From positions 1 to 54,589 of the forward strand of contig JAHHLF010000141.1 in NCBI GenBank assembly GCA_018679315.1: a stretch of DNA of 54,589 nucleotides, read 5' to 3'. This stretch comes from Bacteroidia bacterium. Lineage in GTDB: Bacteria; Bacteroidota; Bacteroidia; Flavobacteriales; Flavobacteriaceae. The notes below the pieces were generated by a model. It was not told the origin of the DNA. It searched no databases and saw only the letters and a program-made list of their open reading frames with translations. Of the stretch, positions 50,316 through 54,589 are shown piece by piece (positions within the stretch are counted from its first letter, which is position 1; each line of letters begins with the position of its first letter). Made by a program: the position numbers and the translations under genes.

Positions 50316-50352
50316 GAAAACGAAGACCCCTGACAAGAATGCCAAGGGTCTT
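50316..50352 (-). terminator. Intrinsic terminator (minus strand)
   Basis: AAGACCCTTGGC-attctt-GTCAGGGGTCTT-CGTTTT; the two G-U pairs form only on the minus strand. Confidence 0.65.
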
Positions 50353-50492
50353 ACTATAGTGTTTGAGTTAGTTAGTTACTATTTAAGTGCGTGCAATAAA
50401 GTGATTCCAGCCTAACTACGCAAATAATTTTCACTCAAATTGAAGCCCTATAAATTTAATTGATAACGTAGGTATAGACCTACAATTATATT

Positions 50493-51629
50493 TTATTGGA
50501 GCCAATGCCGCTCTATCTCTTCTAATATTTTCTGATAATCGGCCTCATGGTCTACGAAATCCATGTCGCTGATATCCAGTATGGCCGACTTTTGTTCTTG
50601 CTGACTCTTTATAAATTCGAGATATCCTTTATTAATATGTTCCAGGTAATGTGGTTCTATTTCTTGCTCATAGCTTCTACCTCTTTTACGAATGTTTTCC
50701 ATGAGTCGCTCTGTATTCTGATAGAGATAAACATAGAGATCGGGTTTTTTGACATTCGTATACATCGAATTAAAGATCTTCCTGTACAAATTGAATTCAT
50801 CTTTCTGTAGGGTAACCTGGGCGAAGATGAGGGATTTATAGATATCATAATCACTTACCATAAAGTTCTTGAACAGATCGAATTGCGATGTATCATCTGT
50901 GAATTGCTGATATCTGTCTGCCAGAAATGACATTTCCAGGGGAAAAGCATACCTGCTTTGATCTTTGTAAAATTTGGGCAGAAAAGGATTGTCCGCAAAT
51001 CGCTCCAACACGATCTTGGCATTGAAATCTGTCGAGATCCTTTTGGCAAGAGAAGTTTTTCCAGCCCCAATGTTTCCTTCAATTGCCAGAAAATTAACTT
51101 CGGAAAAAAAGGATTCCCGGTCCGCAGATAAGGGCGGATATACTTTGGTTATAGCAGACCGGTCCGGACATTCCTGCAACATATTACGCGTGTCCTTTCC
51201 AAGCACCGGATGATAAAATTGTGGTGCAATATCCGCCAGGGGTTTAAGAACGAACTGTCTGTTTTGAATTTCAGGATGCGGTATGGTCAAACTATCTTTT
51301 TGGATCACCTGGTCGTCATAATACAGAATATCGAGGTCTATCACACGAGATTGATATCCCGAATCCGGATCTCGAATTCGCCCCATCTTCTCTTCAATTT
51401 TTATCAGCGCATCCATCAATTCATCCGGGGCTAGCGAGGTTGTTACACCTATACACATATTTAAAAAATCCTCCCCGTCAAACCCGATGGCAGCTGTCTC
51501 ATAAACCGATGAAACTGCCTGGATGTCACCTACTTGTGAACCTATTGCATAGATAGCCCTTTGCAATGCATAGAGCCTGTGGCCCTTATTGCTCCCAAAA
51601 GAAATATATGTAAGTGTAACATCTGACAT
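50493..51629 (-). CDS. folK: HPPK (FolK) fused to deoxynucleoside kinase domain
   Basis: N-terminal 'YISFGSN.G', 'RVIDLDILYY', 'IPHP....R.FVL.PL'; C-terminal 'IEGNIGAGKT', 'NPFLPKFY', 'IRKRGRSYE'; start ATG 51629. Confidence 0.92.
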   Translation of the reverse strand: MSDVTLTYISFGSNKGHRLYALQRAIYAIGSQVGDIQAVSSVYETAAIGFDGEDFLNMCIGVTTSLAPDELMDALIKIEEKMGRIRDPDSGYQSRVIDLDILYYDDQVIQKDSLTIPHPEIQNRQFVLKPLADIAPQFYHPVLGKDTRNMLQECPDRSAITKVYPPLSADRESFFSEVNFLAIEGNIGAGKTSLAKRISTDFNAKIVLERFADNPFLPKFYKDQSRYAFPLEMSFLADRYQQFTDDTSQFDLFKNFMVSDYDIYKSLIFAQVTLQKDEFNLYRKIFNSMYTNVKKPDLYVYLYQNTERLMENIRKRGRSYEQEIEPHYLEHINKGYLEFIKSQQEQKSAILDISDMDFVDHEADYQKILEEIERHWLQ

Positions 51630-51700
51630 GATGAGCGGACAAATTACGTAAAAGAAAGTCACTTTGGTTATCTTTGATGACCATTTAAATATTGAATTGT

Positions 51701-53458
51701 ATGAAATTCTTACGGAACCTACTGGCCGCTGTTTTAGGCTCTTTAATAGCTTTTGGAATAGTCTTTTTTATGTTCCTGATATTCGCTAGCCTGGCAAGCA
51801 CGGAAGAAGGTGTATCGGTTAAGGATGATTCTGTTTTAGAGCTAAAAATTCCTTATCCCGTTCAGGATTATACAGGTAATTCTGATGATGACCCTTTTAA
51901 TCTATTCTATGAGCCGGTAATGGGCCTGGATGAGATAATTCATGCCATACATATTGCCGCAGAGGATGATGACATAAAAGGAATTAGTTTAAATAACAAC
52001 TTCCTGATGGCTGGGATCTCACAGGCTCAGGCGATACGTAAAGCCCTCGAAAATTTCAAATCTACCGGCAAATTCATCTACGCTTATGGTGATTTCTATA
52101 TGCAAAAGGACTATTACCTGGCAACTGTTGCGGATAGTATCTTTCTAAATCCATTAGGAGGACTGGATTTTAAAGGATTAGCTGCCGAGGTTCTGTTTTT
52201 TAAAGATATCCAGGATAAAACAGGTATTAAAATGGAAGTAGTTCGCCATGGGAAATATAAAAGCGCTGTCGAACCCTTCCTTGATGATGAAATGAGTCCT
52301 GAAAACCGGGAACAGATCGCTGCATTATTAGAGTCTGTCTGGGAGTCAATGGTCACAGAGATCTCAGAAGGTAGAGAACTGTCTGCAGAAACACTTAATA
52401 GTATTGCCGATACCCTGGGCGCACGCCTTCCGGACTATGCACAGGCATCCGGACTGGTAGATGGTGTTCTTTATGCAGATGAATATGAAAACCGGTTGAA
52501 ATTAGCGACAGGTACTGATCTGGAGGATAAACAGCCAGTGGTCGATGTTCAGGATTATATGAAGCGCTCTTCCAAGCGAAAGATCTATAGTGGTAAAGAC
52601 AAAGTTGCTGTTATCTATGCACAGGGAGATATTATGTATGGGGAAGGCGGTCCTAATATTGTCGGCCAGGGATTGATCACAAAAGCCCTGCGAAAGGCCC
52701 GGGAGAACAGCCAGGTAAAAGCAGTAGTGCTGCGTGTTAACTCGCCGGGCGGATCTGCCATAACTTCGGATATTATTTGGCGTGAGGTAGAATTGACTAA
52801 AGAAAAAATACCGGTTGTGGTATCCATGGGCAATGTGGCTGCATCAGGGGGCTATTATATTGCCGTCGGCGCAGATAAGATCTTTGCCGAACCTACTTCC
52901 ATCACTGGATCAATAGGTGTATTCGGAACAATTCCGAACATCAGTGAATTTGCAGAGAAAATAGGCATCAATGCAGAACAGGTGGGAACAAATTTAAATT
53001 CTGTGGATTACTCCTTATTTGAGCCTATGAGTCCGCAATTCAGGGGTTATGTCAAAGAAGGCATTGAAGAAGTATATGAAACATTCCTTCGTCGTGTATC
53101 TGATGGCAGGAATATCAGCATGGCACAAGCAGACAGTCTGGCGCAAGGTCGGGTCTGGAGCGGAGTAGAAGCTAAAGAATTAGGCTTAGTCGATGAACTT
53201 GGCGGATTGGATGATGCCATCGTTGCTGCTGCCGAACTCGCTGATATCGAAGAGTTTGGAATTCGCAAATACCCCAGATTCAAATCCGGATTTGCGCGCT
53301 TTATGGAAGAAATGGCCAGCGCGAGATCTGATGGAGTGCAAACACAATTGCAGGAGGAAATGGGTCAGGAATTGTACAGTGTGTTCTCTGAATTAAAAAC
53401 CGTAGTTCAGCAAAGGGGCATACAGGCCAGACTTCCCTACACCATTCGCATCCGCTAG
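51701..53458 (+). CDS. sppA: Signal peptide peptidase SppA (67K type)
   Basis: 'RHGKYKSAVEPF', 'LRVNSPGGS', 'SMGNVAASGGYY', 'ITGSIGV', 'AQGRVWSG'; TATCTTTG at 51669-51676. Confidence 0.95.
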   Translation: MKFLRNLLAAVLGSLIAFGIVFFMFLIFASLASTEEGVSVKDDSVLELKIPYPVQDYTGNSDDDPFNLFYEPVMGLDEIIHAIHIAAEDDDIKGISLNNNFLMAGISQAQAIRKALENFKSTGKFIYAYGDFYMQKDYYLATVADSIFLNPLGGLDFKGLAAEVLFFKDIQDKTGIKMEVVRHGKYKSAVEPFLDDEMSPENREQIAALLESVWESMVTEISEGRELSAETLNSIADTLGARLPDYAQASGLVDGVLYADEYENRLKLATGTDLEDKQPVVDVQDYMKRSSKRKIYSGKDKVAVIYAQGDIMYGEGGPNIVGQGLITKALRKARENSQVKAVVLRVNSPGGSAITSDIIWREVELTKEKIPVVVSMGNVAASGGYYIAVGADKIFAEPTSITGSIGVFGTIPNISEFAEKIGINAEQVGTNLNSVDYSLFEPMSPQFRGYVKEGIEEVYETFLRRVSDGRNISMAQADSLAQGRVWSGVEAKELGLVDELGGLDDAIVAAAELADIEEFGIRKYPRFKSGFARFMEEMASARSDGVQTQLQEEMGQELYSVFSELKTVVQQRGIQARLPYTIRIR

Positions 53459-53461
53459 GAC

Positions 53462-54175
53462 ATGATGAAGCCTGCCGATAAGAAATTAGCCTATAAGATC
53501 TACTTGTATCTGGGGGCCTTATTCATCACATCCCTTGTAGTATCTAACCTGATATTCCAGAAATTTTTTTATTGGAAACCCTTTGGGGATGTTGAGATCT
53601 TCGGGGCGCCGCTTTTTGAGATATCAGTTGGAGTTTTACCTTATCCCATTACCTTTTTAATTACAGATCTGATCTCGGAGATCTTTGGGCAAAAGAAGGC
53701 AAACCAGGTAGTTACCGCAGGTATTTTTGCATCCTTCTTCTCTATGGGAATAATTCTGGTGGCCGATATAGCTCCTGCAATCCCGGAGTCGCCCGTAGGT
53801 AATGAAGTATTCAGCAGCGTATTTGCCTTATCACCTCTGGCCGTTTTGGCTTCTATGATCGCCTATTTAAGTGCACAATATGTAGACATTGCTATCTACC
53901 ACTTTTGGAAACGGCTTACCAAAGGTCGCATGTTATGGTTGCGGAATAATTTCTCTACGTTTTCATCTCAGTTTATAGACACTTTTACGGTTGTTGGTTT
54001 GTTATGTATTTTTGGGGTGATCCCGTGGAGTTTGTTCTCCGGTTTGGTGATCAGCGGGGTTGTATTCAAGATTTTTATCGCTTTTTTGGACACCCCACTC
54101 CTCTATCTTTTCGTATATATTTTGAGAAAGCGTTTCGGTCTTGCGATCGGAGATGAAATTACCCTAGATTCGTAA
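53462..54175 (+). CDS. Queuosine precursor transporter (YhhQ/DUF165)
   Basis: 'YPITFLITDLISEIFG', 'ASMIAYL.AQ.VD', 'LWLRNNFST..SQFIDT'. Confidence 0.88.
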   Translation: MMKPADKKLAYKIYLYLGALFITSLVVSNLIFQKFFYWKPFGDVEIFGAPLFEISVGVLPYPITFLITDLISEIFGQKKANQVVTAGIFASFFSMGIILVADIAPAIPESPVGNEVFSSVFALSPLAVLASMIAYLSAQYVDIAIYHFWKRLTKGRMLWLRNNFSTFSSQFIDTFTVVGLLCIFGVIPWSLFSGLVISGVVFKIFIAFLDTPLLYLFVYILRKRFGLAIGDEITLDS

Positions 54176-54221
54176 AATAATTCCTACGATTTAGAGTTCT
54201 TTATCCATAGTCTGACACGGT

Positions 54222-54589
54222 ATGAATAAGAAATGGTTAAAAATAGGAGGAGCCTCCCTTGGGCTTGTCGTAGTAGTACTATTATTAGTTCCGGTATTAT
54301 TCCAATCTAAATTGGAATCCCTGCTTATCAAAAAAGCAAATGAATCCATCCATGGAACCTTGTCTATTGAAAGTGCACACCTGAGCTTGTTTCGCAATTT
54401 CCCTAAGGCCACGGTAACGATCAATGATTTGTTGCTCATAAATGCCGCACCTTTTGAAGGCGATACCTTGGTTACGGCAAAAAGCGTTTCCCTGACTATG
54501 CCAATTACTGAATTATTTGGGGACGATGCCGTGGAGATCCATTCTTTCAGCCTTGAAGGTGGGAAGCTCAACTTAAAGGAGAACACTGA
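54222..54589 (+). CDS. AsmA family protein, N-terminal part (runs off window)
   Basis: Open frame from ATG 54222: MNKKWLKIGGASLGLVVVVLLLVPVLFQSK...LSLFRNFPKATVTI..L. Confidence 0.75.
   Translation, partial: MNKKWLKIGGASLGLVVVVLLLVPVLFQSKLESLLIKKANESIHGTLSIESAHLSLFRNFPKATVTINDLLLINAAPFEGDTLVTAKSVSLTMPITELFGDDAVEIHSFSLEGGKLNLKENT

Noticed and set aside
54191..54586. 131-aa minus-strand ORF
   Set aside because: Antisense shadow of the plus-strand AsmA gene starting at 54222

Overview
Chromosomal window from a Bacteroidota genome, most likely a marine Flavobacteriaceae member. This is inferred from T9SS PorP/type-B-CTD genes, TAnnTTTG -7 promoter motifs and gene order. The left part (1-29.2 kb) is largely housekeeping and envelope genes: a double MacAB-TolC-type ABC exporter cluster, tsaB, a YyaL/SPATA20-like protein, dodecin, NifU, PorP, a vWA protein divergent from a TPR-histidine kinase/LytTR pair, gamma-CA, fabD, a Calx-beta T9SS cargo-PorP-OmpA triad, NRAMP, SanA and FadL. 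The middle (about 29.5-46.5 kb) looks like an integrase-less island anchored on tRNA-Leu(TAA). It carries two Gfo/Idh/MocA + DUF1080 (3-keto-glycoside) modules, a uxuB-uxuA-uxaC-exuT hexuronate cluster, MscS, an SDR, an adenosine deaminase, an unannotated 43-aa basic ORF and an orphan Pycsar-type (DUF5706) membrane effector. The most unusual signal is around tRNA-Gly/tRNA-Leu. Four copies of tRNA 3'-end/T-arm sequence are each interrupted in or next to the T-loop by a short hairpin. Two of these inserts are 23-bp CTGAC..GTCAG palindromes at the identical position, one at each end of the island. There is also a structured 103-bp tandem repeat and several REP-like hairpins. The right part holds mutS, a TrmH methyltransferase, a folK-dNK fusion, sppA, a queuosine precursor transporter and a partial AsmA gene. 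All family assignments are from motif recognition only; no database search was run.
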